Shown piece after piece: positions 9,181-18,353 of a DNA stretch of 64,000 nt; position 1 is the first letter of the stretch; each line of letters starts with the position of its first letter. Position numbers and translations under genes: made by a program. The stretch spans positions 2,101 through 66,100 of the forward strand of contig MIBJ01000049.1 of assembly GCA_001829495.1 (NCBI GenBank), given 5' to 3'. Source of the DNA: Spirochaetes bacterium RBG_16_49_21 (GTDB lineage Bacteria; Spirochaetota; UBA4802; UBA5550). The notes under the pieces are model-generated. The model ran no database searches. It worked only from the letters and a program-made list of their open reading frames with translations, and was not told the origin of the DNA.

Positions 9181-9597
9181 ACCTCACCCCCCGGCCCCCT
9201 CTCCAAATTGGCTAACTTCTACCCACATCTCATAAGCCAATCTTTTGGCCCCCTAAATCCCCCGGAGGGGCTAACAACTCACATCTCCATGTGTAAGAAC
9301 AGGGGATAGGGGAATTGAAGAGATATCAGAGATAATTTTATTTTTTGAGCTTAAATGATTGTTTTTCCTCTTCAATTTTAACAATATTCCGTTAAAAATG
9401 TATCTCTATCATCTCTTCTATCTTCTTATCCCCCTTGCTTACACACTTGTGGGTAGTTGTTAGCCCTCCGGGGGGTTGGGGGGCATGAGAGAATCAGATG
9501 TGGGTAGAAGTTAACCAAATTGGAGAGGGGGAGTAGAAGGCAAAGCTTCTTGCTTCGGAAACCCTCTCCTTTTTTCCGAGATTAATGGGAGAGGCTC
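9181..9597. repeat. G-rich palindromic element (family 2, homologous to 37995-38138 in inverted orientation), interrupted by the foldback element at 9212-9515
   Basis: 9182-9203 (cctcaccccccggccccctctcc) and 9524-9597 align by eye to the reverse complement of 37995-38138. Shared segments include aaagcttct..cttcggaaaccctctcc..ccgag.ttaatgggagagg. Confidence 0.75.
9212..9515. mobile_element. MITE-like foldback element (family 1), full-length or composite copy flanked by an 8-bp direct repeat CAAATTGG
   Basis: The terminal inverted repeats are ctaacttctacccacatct (9212-9230) and agatgtgggtagaagttaac (9496-9515). The direct repeat caaattgg sits at 9204-9211 and 9516-9523. The inner 9241-9492 is nearly identical to 25591-25850. 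No ORF is present. Confidence 0.7.
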
Positions 9598-11060
9598 CCA
9601 ACAGGATGTTGCAGTGCCGAGCGCGGACAGGACGTCCAAATAGCGCTCGGCGTGCGCGGAGCGCGGGTGAGGTCAGAGAAGGGGAGCCCGATGCTGTAAC
9701 GGAAGACCTCTTGCATGAGCCTTTTCTCCCGGCTGCCGGAGATGATCCGCGGCTGGGAATAGTCGTGTATCATATACGGGATAAGCTCGGTGGCGACGTG
9801 CCTCCCCTTGTACAGGTGGTGGCGGGCGATCAGTCCCAACCGGTTATTTTCGCTCTGCATCTGATCAAAGAGAAAATTACCCAGCCCGTACGAGATGAAT
9901 CTGCCCCGGTAGAACTCAAGCCCCATGGGACGGTGGGCGGATGACGACACAATAATGGTGGCCCCCATGTCCGCTGCGGCATGGAAATAGTTTTTCTGGA
10001 TCTGGTGGGGTACCGGATCGTTCTCATTGCACCATTGAACCGAGACGAATACGGCGTCAGCCTTTTGGGCAGCCTCCCGTATGGATCTGGCAAAGAGCTC
10101 TTTAGACAGGCGCGCGGCCCCGGCCCGGGAACCGGCAGCCCAGGCGATCTCCGGGCCGCATTCGTTAAACCCGATAAAGGCTATAACCGTTCCCTTGACG
10201 GTGACAAACCGCACGGTTTCTGCATCGCTTTTCTTCTTCCCTCCGCCGAAATAGGCGATTCCAGCCTGTTCCAGCATCTCAATCGTGCGGGTATTATATT
10301 GTGCGCCGTAGTCGTTGTTGTGATTGCCGGTAAGCTCTATCACGTCAAAGCCGGATTTCAATAGTATCTTGAAGTAGCGCAGGGGCGAGCAGAAGATCAT
10401 GTTGTTTTTCAGCGGATAGGAGCACGGCTCCACAAACGATACTTCATTGGAGGCTATCGCCAGATCGGCGCCGGAGGTTGTTTTTTCCGTGTACCGTATC
10501 GGAGAAAACAGGTCGCCTGATTTTTCAACTGCATAAATGAACGCCCTGGTCATGGCCGTCACGCCGGTCTGGACGATTGATAGGTGCGAACCGGGGTCCC
10601 ATGCCGTCGCGCCCTCCATGACGAAAGGATAGGCATCCGACCGCTCCAGGGAGCGGTCGTCCCGTATCCTCCCCCAGGGCAGGGTATGGCCGATATAGGC
10701 GGTCTTGAAAAAGGGGCGTAAACCGCGTACATCGCTCAGGCCGATAAAGCGTCCGTCCGACATGATAGCTTCATCGTCGAAAGAGCGCTCATCGAGTTTC
10801 AATCCCGGATACGATTTTTTCAGTTCCTCGGCAACGCCCGGATCGGCAAAAAAACGGATCTTCCCGCCCATTCCGCCGAGCTGCGCAAAATTCCCGATCC
10901 TGCCCGAGAGGATTTGGCCGAGGTCTGATTCTGATATATTCGAGAGCGGATTTGTTATATGGAGTTGAATGAAGACGGGCTTTAGTGGTTTCCCGTTTAT
11001 GCCGCCGACGTGCACAAGCAACGCAAAGAGGATTACGCCCCCTAACTTGATTTTCCCCAT
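9582..11060 (-). CDS. CapA family protein (poly-gamma-glutamate synthesis / metallophosphatase-like)
   Basis: 492-aa ORF with a signal-like N-terminus and the motif ELTGNHNNDYG..YFGGG typical of the CapA/PGA_cap family. Its last codons and stop lie inside the family-2 repeat arm. Confidence 0.7.
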   Translation of the reverse strand: MGKIKLGGVILFALLVHVGGINGKPLKPVFIQLHITNPLSNISESDLGQILSGRIGNFAQLGGMGGKIRFFADPGVAEELKKSYPGLKLDERSFDDEAIMSDGRFIGLSDVRGLRPFFKTAYIGHTLPWGRIRDDRSLERSDAYPFVMEGATAWDPGSHLSIVQTGVTAMTRAFIYAVEKSGDLFSPIRYTEKTTSGADLAIASNEVSFVEPCSYPLKNNMIFCSPLRYFKILLKSGFDVIELTGNHNNDYGAQYNTRTIEMLEQAGIAYFGGGKKKSDAETVRFVTVKGTVIAFIGFNECGPEIAWAAGSRAGAARLSKELFARSIREAAQKADAVFVSVQWCNENDPVPHQIQKNYFHAAADMGATIIVSSSAHRPMGLEFYRGRFISYGLGNFLFDQMQSENNRLGLIARHHLYKGRHVATELIPYMIHDYSQPRIISGSREKRLMQEVFRYSIGLPFSDLTRAPRTPSAIWTSCPRSALQHPVGSLSH

Positions 11061-11116
11061 AAATCCACTATCATTCTAATTGGAATTATTGTAAAGTAAT
11101 CTTCGAAGTCTCTTTC

Positions 11117-11317
11117 CAGGAGGGCTAACTTCTATCCACATTTTCATGTGTAAGATAAGGGGACAAAACTCACTGTCATTGCGAGCGTAGCGAAGCAATC
11201 CGCTAATGCAACAAAAAATGACTGTTGTTAATATATAATAATGCTTTTTTTCTATTCTAACGCAGATTGCTTCGTCGCTGACGCTCCTCGCAAAGACATT
11301 TGAGGTAGTTTTGCAAG
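11117..11317. repeat. Diverged or chimeric copy of the family-1 foldback element, with its interior replaced by a different palindrome
   Basis: 11117-11166 (caggagggctaacttctatccacattttcatgtgtaagataagggg) aligns to the left arm at 25617-25665. 11174-11203 and 11262-11298 form an unrelated imperfect inverted repeat (tgtcattgcgagcgtagcgaagcaatc / gattgcttcgtcgctgacgctcctcgcaaagaca). A weak right-arm remnant lies at 11297-11317. Confidence 0.6.
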
Positions 11318-11440
11318 AAGTCTAAGAGAAGTCAGCCCGGAGGAGCGAGCTCAGAATTTAATTCACTCTCCCATATTTTATCTTTACAGGAAGGGATGCA
11401 GAGGATATATTTGCATGAGAAGGAGTCGAAAAAGGGGCAT

Positions 11441-12508
<1,068 letters not shown>

Positions 12509-12532
12509 CGCTTGAATCAGCCGTCATTGAGT

Positions 12533-12592
12533 GTAGGGGCCGAATTTTGAAGGCGAGGATGATCATCCTCGCCTTCAAAATTCGGCCCCTAC
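12533..12592. repeat. Perfect 60-bp palindrome (30-bp arms, no spacer) 25 nt downstream of selD; possible bidirectional terminator or protein-binding site
   Basis: gtaggggccgaattttgaaggcgaggatga / tcatcctcgccttcaaaattcggcccctac are exact reverse complements. No flanking T-tract is present. Confidence 0.8.
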
Positions 12593-12601
12593 TAAAAATA
12601 C

Positions 12602-12630
12602 TTGAAATGGGATGAAAAAATCCATATTAT
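12602..12630 (+). promoter_or_regulatory. Candidate sigma70-type promoter for the HD-GYP regulator / kinase operon
   Basis: TTGAAA (12602-12607), a 17-nt spacer, then TATTAT (12625-12630), about 30 nt upstream of the ATG at 12661. Confidence 0.4.
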
Positions 12631-12660
12631 TATTAACGTCATCGAGTAAGGCCACACCGG

Positions 12661-13689
12661 ATGAATGATTATAACGACAAGCGGAGCATCCTCATTGTTG
12701 ATGATATCATAGAAAATGTTGACGTACTTGCCGCGATACTTGAACCGGAATACCGGATAAAGGTCGCTTTAAACGGCACAAAAGCGCTAGAGATCGCCGG
12801 CAGCCGGGACCAGCCTGAGCTTATTCTCCTGGATGTCATGATGCCTGATATGAACGGATTCGAGGTGTGCAGTAGGCTCAAGGAAAATCCTTCTACGAAA
12901 AGGATACCGGTTATATTCGTCACCGCGCTCGGGGAAGTCGCCGATGAATCCAGGGGATTTTTATCAGGCGGCGTCGATTACATAACCAAGCCGGTAAGCC
13001 CGCACATTGTTCTTGCCCGGGTGAAGACGCACCTCGCTTTGTTCAATCAAGCCAGACAGCTTGAGGAGAAGGTGCGGGAGCGCACCCGGGAGCTTAACGA
13101 CACGCGGGTTGAGATCATCAGGCGCCTGAGCCGCGCGGCCGAGTATAAGGACTATCAGACCGGAATGCACGTCATTCATATGAGCAAGTTCTGCCAGAGC
13201 ATCGCCCGTGAGATAGGCCTGCCGGAGGAGGAAGTTGAGCTTATAGTGAACGCCGCGCCGATGCATGACGTGGGCAAGATCGGCATTCCCGACCATATTC
13301 TGCTAAAGCCGGGGGAGCTCGATGAAGAGGAATGGAAGATCATGCAGACCCACTGCGAGATCGGGTATAATATAATCGGCGAGCATCAATCCGATCTTCT
13401 GAGATACGCGGGTCTGGGGGCTCTGACCCACCATGAGAAGTGGGACGGAACCGGATATCCGCGCGGGTTGAAGGGCGGAGACATCCCCTTGATCGGGAGA
13501 ATCATCGCGGTCGCCGATGTCTTTGACGCGCTTACCAGCGACCGGCCTTACAAAAAAGCCTGGCCTGCGGATCAAGCGGTGGAGCATATCCGGAATGAAA
13601 GCGGGAGGCACTTCTACCCTCTTCTCGTCGCCGCGTTTATGAAGCGGCTTCCTGAGATACTGAAGGTGAGAGAGGATTATAAGAATTGA
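12661..13689 (+). CDS. Response regulator with receiver domain and HD-GYP phosphodiesterase domain (RpfG family)
   Basis: 342-aa ORF. The N-terminal REC domain shows ILIVDD..LILLDVMMPDMNGFEV..K. The C-terminal domain shows HDVGK..HHEKWDGTGYPRGL (HD-GYP). Confidence 0.85.
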   Translation: MNDYNDKRSILIVDDIIENVDVLAAILEPEYRIKVALNGTKALEIAGSRDQPELILLDVMMPDMNGFEVCSRLKENPSTKRIPVIFVTALGEVADESRGFLSGGVDYITKPVSPHIVLARVKTHLALFNQARQLEEKVRERTRELNDTRVEIIRRLSRAAEYKDYQTGMHVIHMSKFCQSIAREIGLPEEEVELIVNAAPMHDVGKIGIPDHILLKPGELDEEEWKIMQTHCEIGYNIIGEHQSDLLRYAGLGALTHHEKWDGTGYPRGLKGGDIPLIGRIIAVADVFDALTSDRPYKKAWPADQAVEHIRNESGRHFYPLLVAAFMKRLPEILKVREDYKN

Positions 13690-13726
13690 CGCATCCGAGC
13701 TCACGGGAGATGCGGCGATCCGGAAT

Positions 13727-16396
13727 ATGAATAATTACGATCTCTTCAATAATACCAACGACGCCATGTACATACACGATTTATCCGGGATGATCCTTGA
13801 GGCCAATCAGGTTGCCGTGGAGTGGATGGGATTTTCCAAAGAAGAATTTCTGGGCATGCGGGTAGAGGATTTGGTCCATTCCGACGACGCCCTCCTGTAT
13901 CAGGGCCGGATGGATGAGATCCGCAGAAAAGGGAGAGCGGTATTTGAATTAAGGCATGTGAACAGAGAAGGCAAAGTAATTCCCGTGGAGATGAGCAGCC
14001 GGCTGATCGATCGTTCCGGAGGAGCGGTTATATCCAGCATTGTCCGTGACTTCTCAAAAAGGAAGAGGGCGGAGCAATCGCTGTGGAAAAGTAAGGAAAA
14101 GTACCGGATTTTTTTCGACCGGGTGAGCGACGGCATATCCTGTTTTGAACCGCAGAGGCCGATCGATATCCCCGCCCCACCCGAGAAGGTGATGCATGAT
14201 TGCCTGAACTCCGTGTGCGTCGAGTGTAATAACGCGCTTCCCGCGATGTACGGCATAAAGCGGGAAGGGATTCTGGGGACGAAGATGTTCGAAGCCGTGC
14301 CGTATATTAATGTGATACACCTCATGCTGTCACGCTTTATTGAAAGCGGGTATGCCTTTGACGGCCTTGAGACCCGGGAGTACGATAGTCGGGGAAATGA
14401 AAAATTTTTTTTGAACAGCATGTTCGGCGAGATTCTGGATGGGCGGCTTACGCGCTTATGGATACGGCAGAATGACATCACGGACCGCAAACGCGCAGAG
14501 AAAGACCTGATCCGCTATCGTGATCGTCTGGAGGAGCTGGTGAACGAGCGTACGGTCGAGCTTGAGCGGAAGAACGCGCTGTTGGCTGAAGAGATACTGG
14601 AGCGCAAAAAAATCGGGGAAGCCCTGCTCCGGGAAAAAGAATTTTCCGAGATTGTTATTAACAGCCTCCCGGGAATATTTTATGTTTTTAATGAAAAGAG
14701 GAACGTGATCCGCTGGAATTACAACTATGAAATTGTTACCGGGTATGTTCCGGAAGAAATCACGGAGATGGACCCGTTTGAATTGATCGACCCCGAGGAC
14801 CGGGAGGCGGCGCTTCAGGCCGCTGCATCCGCGGATGAAAAGGGATTCTACATGCTGGAGGCGAGGCTGAAGGCAAAATACGGCGTTTCCTATCCGTATA
14901 TATTCACCGGGCAGAGGATAGTCATCGATAATGAAAATTATATCATGGGGATGGGGCTCGATATCACCAAGCTGAAGGCAAACGAAGAGGAGGTGAAAAA
15001 ACTTTCGCTCGCGGTTGAACAGAGCCCGGTGATCGTATTGATAGCTAATGTTGGCGGAATAATCGAGTATGTCAATCCTACCTTCACGAGGGTTACCGGT
15101 TATCTTCAGGAGGATGTTGTCGGCGGTGACGCCGGTTCACTCCTGTCGCGCGATATGCGGGAGAGCTATTTTGACAAGATCTGGGATATACTCCTGGACG
15201 GGAAGGTATGGAAAGGAGAACTGAGGAGCAGGAAGAAGAACGGAGAGCTCCTCTGGAACATGGTCTCCATTTCGCCGATCTTCGAAAAGGAGGGGTGCAT
15301 CACCCATTTTGTCGCGGTCAGCGAGGATATCACGGAAAAGAAAAAGGCGGAGCAGGCGCTTGAGGAGGCTAAAAACGCGGCGGAGTCGGCCACGCGCGCG
15401 AAGAGCGAGTTCCTGGCGAACATGAGCCATGAGATCCGCACCCCCATGAACGCCATAATCGGCATGAACCACCTGCTCCAAAAAACCGAGCTCTCGCCGA
15501 AACAGCGTGATTACGTGAACAAGATCATGGCCTCCTCGCAGAACCTTCTTGCCATCATCAACGATATCCTGGATCTCTCCAAGATCGAAGCGGGCAAGCT
15601 TACCCTTGAAAGCATCCCCTTTGATCTGAATGACGTTTTAGGAAATCTCTCGAACGTCATATCGTTGAGAGCCCAGGAAAAAGGCTTACAGCTTGCCATC
15701 ACTACCGGCGGGAATGTGCCGTGGAACCTGATAGGCGACCCCTATCGCTTGGGGCAGATTCTTCTCAATCTCGCGGGAAACGCGGTGAAATTCACCGACA
15801 AGGGCGAAATTGTTGTTTCAGTCGAGCTGCTGACCATACGTGAAAAGAGGGTGCTTCTGAGATTTTCGGTGCGCGACGCCGGCATCGGGTTATCCGACAA
15901 GCAGCGCAACATCCTCTTCCATACGTTCACCCAGGCGGACAGCACCACTACGAGAAAGTACGGCGGAACGGGGCTCGGACTTGCCATCTGCAAGCGGCTC
16001 GTTGAAATGATGGGCGGCGAGATAGGCGTTCAAAGTACTCCCGGCGAAGGGAGCGTATTTTCATTCATCGTGATTTTCGGGCTCGAGGCGTTCGGGCACG
16101 AGATTCCCGGCCATGGTCTGCCGGCACCGGCGGACGGCATGCCGGATCAGGCCGGAGAGTCATCCGGGGGAGTAAGAGGCGATGTGGACCGGAAGACGAT
16201 ATCAAAGCTTATAAGTGACTTCGAATCTTCCCTTGAGAGAAGCGAAACCCAGGCTCTGAGGGATTTTGCCGCTCTCCGGGATGCTCTGCGTGAGCCTTCA
16301 CTACAGGATAAACTTGAGGAGATAAACCTTATGCTGAGCAGGTATGATTTCGACGGAGCGCTGGCAGCCTTCCGAGAGTTGAAGGATAGAGTTTAA
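13727..16396 (+). CDS. Multi-PAS sensor histidine kinase
   Basis: 889-aa ORF with several PAS-like segments, the H-box FLANMSHEIRTPMNAI, and the HATPase N/G boxes (NLAGNAVKFT, DAGIGL, GGTGLGLAICK). Confidence 0.85.
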   Translation: MNNYDLFNNTNDAMYIHDLSGMILEANQVAVEWMGFSKEEFLGMRVEDLVHSDDALLYQGRMDEIRRKGRAVFELRHVNREGKVIPVEMSSRLIDRSGGAVISSIVRDFSKRKRAEQSLWKSKEKYRIFFDRVSDGISCFEPQRPIDIPAPPEKVMHDCLNSVCVECNNALPAMYGIKREGILGTKMFEAVPYINVIHLMLSRFIESGYAFDGLETREYDSRGNEKFFLNSMFGEILDGRLTRLWIRQNDITDRKRAEKDLIRYRDRLEELVNERTVELERKNALLAEEILERKKIGEALLREKEFSEIVINSLPGIFYVFNEKRNVIRWNYNYEIVTGYVPEEITEMDPFELIDPEDREAALQAAASADEKGFYMLEARLKAKYGVSYPYIFTGQRIVIDNENYIMGMGLDITKLKANEEEVKKLSLAVEQSPVIVLIANVGGIIEYVNPTFTRVTGYLQEDVVGGDAGSLLSRDMRESYFDKIWDILLDGKVWKGELRSRKKNGELLWNMVSISPIFEKEGCITHFVAVSEDITEKKKAEQALEEAKNAAESATRAKSEFLANMSHEIRTPMNAIIGMNHLLQKTELSPKQRDYVNKIMASSQNLLAIINDILDLSKIEAGKLTLESIPFDLNDVLGNLSNVISLRAQEKGLQLAITTGGNVPWNLIGDPYRLGQILLNLAGNAVKFTDKGEIVVSVELLTIREKRVLLRFSVRDAGIGLSDKQRNILFHTFTQADSTTTRKYGGTGLGLAICKRLVEMMGGEIGVQSTPGEGSVFSFIVIFGLEAFGHEIPGHGLPAPADGMPDQAGESSGGVRGDVDRKTISKLISDFESSLERSETQALRDFAALRDALREPSLQDKLEEINLMLSRYDFDGALAAFRELKDRV

Positions 16397-16484
16397 TTTT
16401 TTGTTGATGTTTTTCTATAATAGAAAAAGAATATGAAGGCGGGGTCCAAATCTGGAAGAAAAGTCTGGGTTCCCGGGGAGATGT

Positions 16485-16703
16485 ATGGAGAACTTCAAGG
16501 GAAAGGGCGGATCTGATTTGATTAGGTTCGACTTCATTATAGAACAATGCCCTTATTGCGGAAATCCGTATCCGGTTAGAGATGAAATAACGGCGTGCCC
16601 CGTATGCGGGGGCGATCTTACAATGCACCGGACGGTTTTAGCCAGGAGCACCCCTCCCTCCCCCTTGATGGGGGAGGGTCGGGGTGGGGGTGATTTTGTA
16701 TGA
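16485..16703 (+). CDS. Small zinc-ribbon protein (hypothetical); C-terminal tail encoded by a palindromic repeat
   Basis: 72-aa ORF with GGGGAG 6-7 nt upstream of the ATG. It has CPYC..(14)..CPVC spacing typical of a zinc ribbon. The last ~20 codons (PPSPLMGEGRGGGD) lie in the repeat at 16649-16744. Confidence 0.4.
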   Translation: MENFKGKGGSDLIRFDFIIEQCPYCGNPYPVRDEITACPVCGGDLTMHRTVLARSTPPSPLMGEGRGGGDFV

Positions 16704-16744
16704 AAAAGTTCACCCTCCCCTGGCCCCTCCCATCAAGGGAGGGG
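16649..16744. repeat. G-rich palindromic element (family 3, 'CCCTTGATGGGGAGGG..GGGGTGA' type)
   Basis: The arms cccttgatgggggagggtcggggtgggggtga and tcaccctcccctggcccctcccatcaaggg surround the loop ttttgtatgaaaaagt, and each arm also self-pairs. A related arm occurs at 63940-63975 and a mini-version at 24428-24458. Confidence 0.75.
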
Positions 16745-16800
16745 AACCACTTTTAACAAAATACGCCTAAGTCGAATAGTTACAAAGAAGGAGCGTAATC

Positions 16801-17271
16801 ATGCGGCAGGTGATACGAAGAGAAAATATCCTTACAAACAGATTTGTAAAACTCATTGAAGAAAATTACAATACTCTTATCGAAATATTCATGAACGATC
16901 TCCTGCGCCATCCGGAGACCGACGCATACCGCACCGTGGATCAGGAGAAGCTATACCAGTTCAGCGTGTTGATCTACAAGGATCTGTCAAAATGGATATC
17001 GCGTGAATTTCCCAAGAGTAAAATTGAGGAGCGGTACGTCAAATTCGGGAGGGAGCGCTTTGATATGGGCGTACCCATACAGCAGGTGATAAAGGGGCTT
17101 ATTCTCCAGCGGAGGCACATCTGGCTTTTTGTAATGGACAAGATGTATGATGATAAAACCGATTATATGGAGGCGCTCATCCTGAACAACCGGGTGACGC
17201 TTTATTTTGACCGGGCCCTTGTTTACATGGCGCAGGGATACATGGAGATGCTGGACAGAAAGCTGCGTTAG
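16801..17271 (+). CDS. Hypothetical protein
   Basis: 156-aa ORF with a strong AAGGAG Shine-Dalgarno 7 nt upstream. No family recognised. Confidence 0.55.
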   Translation: MRQVIRRENILTNRFVKLIEENYNTLIEIFMNDLLRHPETDAYRTVDQEKLYQFSVLIYKDLSKWISREFPKSKIEERYVKFGRERFDMGVPIQQVIKGLILQRRHIWLFVMDKMYDDKTDYMEALILNNRVTLYFDRALVYMAQGYMEMLDRKLR

Positions 17272-17294
17272 TCTTTGTGATCGATATTCCCAAG

Positions 17295-18353
17295 ATGGAA
17301 AAAAAATTCATGAAAAATTATACCCTCGATGATATGAGCAGTTTTTTCCGCTCAATCGGAGAGAAGGATTATCGCGGGAGGCAGATCTTCAACTGGCTCT
17401 ATGAGAAGAACGCGGGCTCTTTTCATGAAATGACGGATTTCTCCAAAGAGCTCAGGGGCCTTCTCGATGAGAATTTCTCCGTAGACGCGCTCCATTGTGT
17501 CGAGCGGAGTGTGTCGTCTGTTGATCAAACCGAGAAGTATCTTTTCAAGACCCATGACGGCCACTACATTGAATCCGTGCTCATACGCAATGAGGGCTCC
17601 GATGAGGCCCGGCTTACCATATGCCTTTCAACCCAGGTCGGATGCGCGATGGGCTGCGGGTTCTGCGAGACCGCGAGGCTCGGCTTTATCAGGAACCTTG
17701 AAGCCGCCGAGATCCTGGATCAGATCTGCCTCGTGCGGCGGATATCCGGCCAGCGGAACAACAACGTGGTGTTTATGGGGATGGGCGAGCCGTTTTTAAA
17801 TTATGACAACGTTCTCAAGTCCGCCGATATCATGAACTATACGTTCGGATTCCACATTTCCGTGAGAAAAATAACGATCTCCACATGCGGCATCAGGGAC
17901 GCGATCGAGCGGTTCATTGACGAAGGCCGGCCCTATAACCTGGCGATTTCCCTGAACGATACCCTGTCTGAAAAGCGCCGGCGCATAATGCCGGTTGAAG
18001 GCAGATATCCTTTCGCGGAAATCGTCCGGCTTCTCAATGACAAGTTCCCGGCTTCACGGAACCGCCTCACCATCGTGTATGTCATGCGGGAGGACAACAT
18101 CTCTTCGGAAGATGCGCGGCGCCTCAAAAAAATGTTCAAATACAACCGGATTAAGCTGAATCTCATTTCTTTGAATGAGGGCTCCCATGGATACGGCCGG
18201 CCTTCCGATGAGGAGGCGGCGCGCTTTGTGAAGGAGCTTGAGATCATGAATGTTCCGATCACCTTCAGGAAGAGCTTGGGAAGGGATATCTCCGGAGCCT
18301 GCGGCCAGCTCTCCGGGAAGAGGTATGCGGAAGAGGTGATCCATTCATGGTGA
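17295..18353 (+). CDS. rlmN: 23S rRNA/tRNA (adenine-C2)-methyltransferase RlmN (radical SAM)
   Basis: YRGRQIFNWLYEK at the N-terminus, the radical SAM motif GCAMGCGFCETA, MGMGEPFLNYD, and the C-terminal GACGQL. The start is uncertain (GTG 17277, ATG 17295 or ATG 17310). Confidence 0.85.
   Translation: MEKKFMKNYTLDDMSSFFRSIGEKDYRGRQIFNWLYEKNAGSFHEMTDFSKELRGLLDENFSVDALHCVERSVSSVDQTEKYLFKTHDGHYIESVLIRNEGSDEARLTICLSTQVGCAMGCGFCETARLGFIRNLEAAEILDQICLVRRISGQRNNNVVFMGMGEPFLNYDNVLKSADIMNYTFGFHISVRKITISTCGIRDAIERFIDEGRPYNLAISLNDTLSEKRRRIMPVEGRYPFAEIVRLLNDKFPASRNRLTIVYVMREDNISSEDARRLKKMFKYNRIKLNLISLNEGSHGYGRPSDEEAARFVKELEIMNVPITFRKSLGRDISGACGQLSGKRYAEEVIHSW

Noticed and set aside
9163-9581. Possible CRISPR array or tRNA/ncRNA gene in the repeat-rich intergenic regions (also 11061-11440 and 25591-26039)
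   Set aside because: The repeats are inverted rather than regularly spaced direct repeats with unique spacers. No cloverleaf with tRNA-like conserved T-loop or anticodon arms could be drawn. Structured-RNA function is not excluded, but it cannot be supported as a known class.
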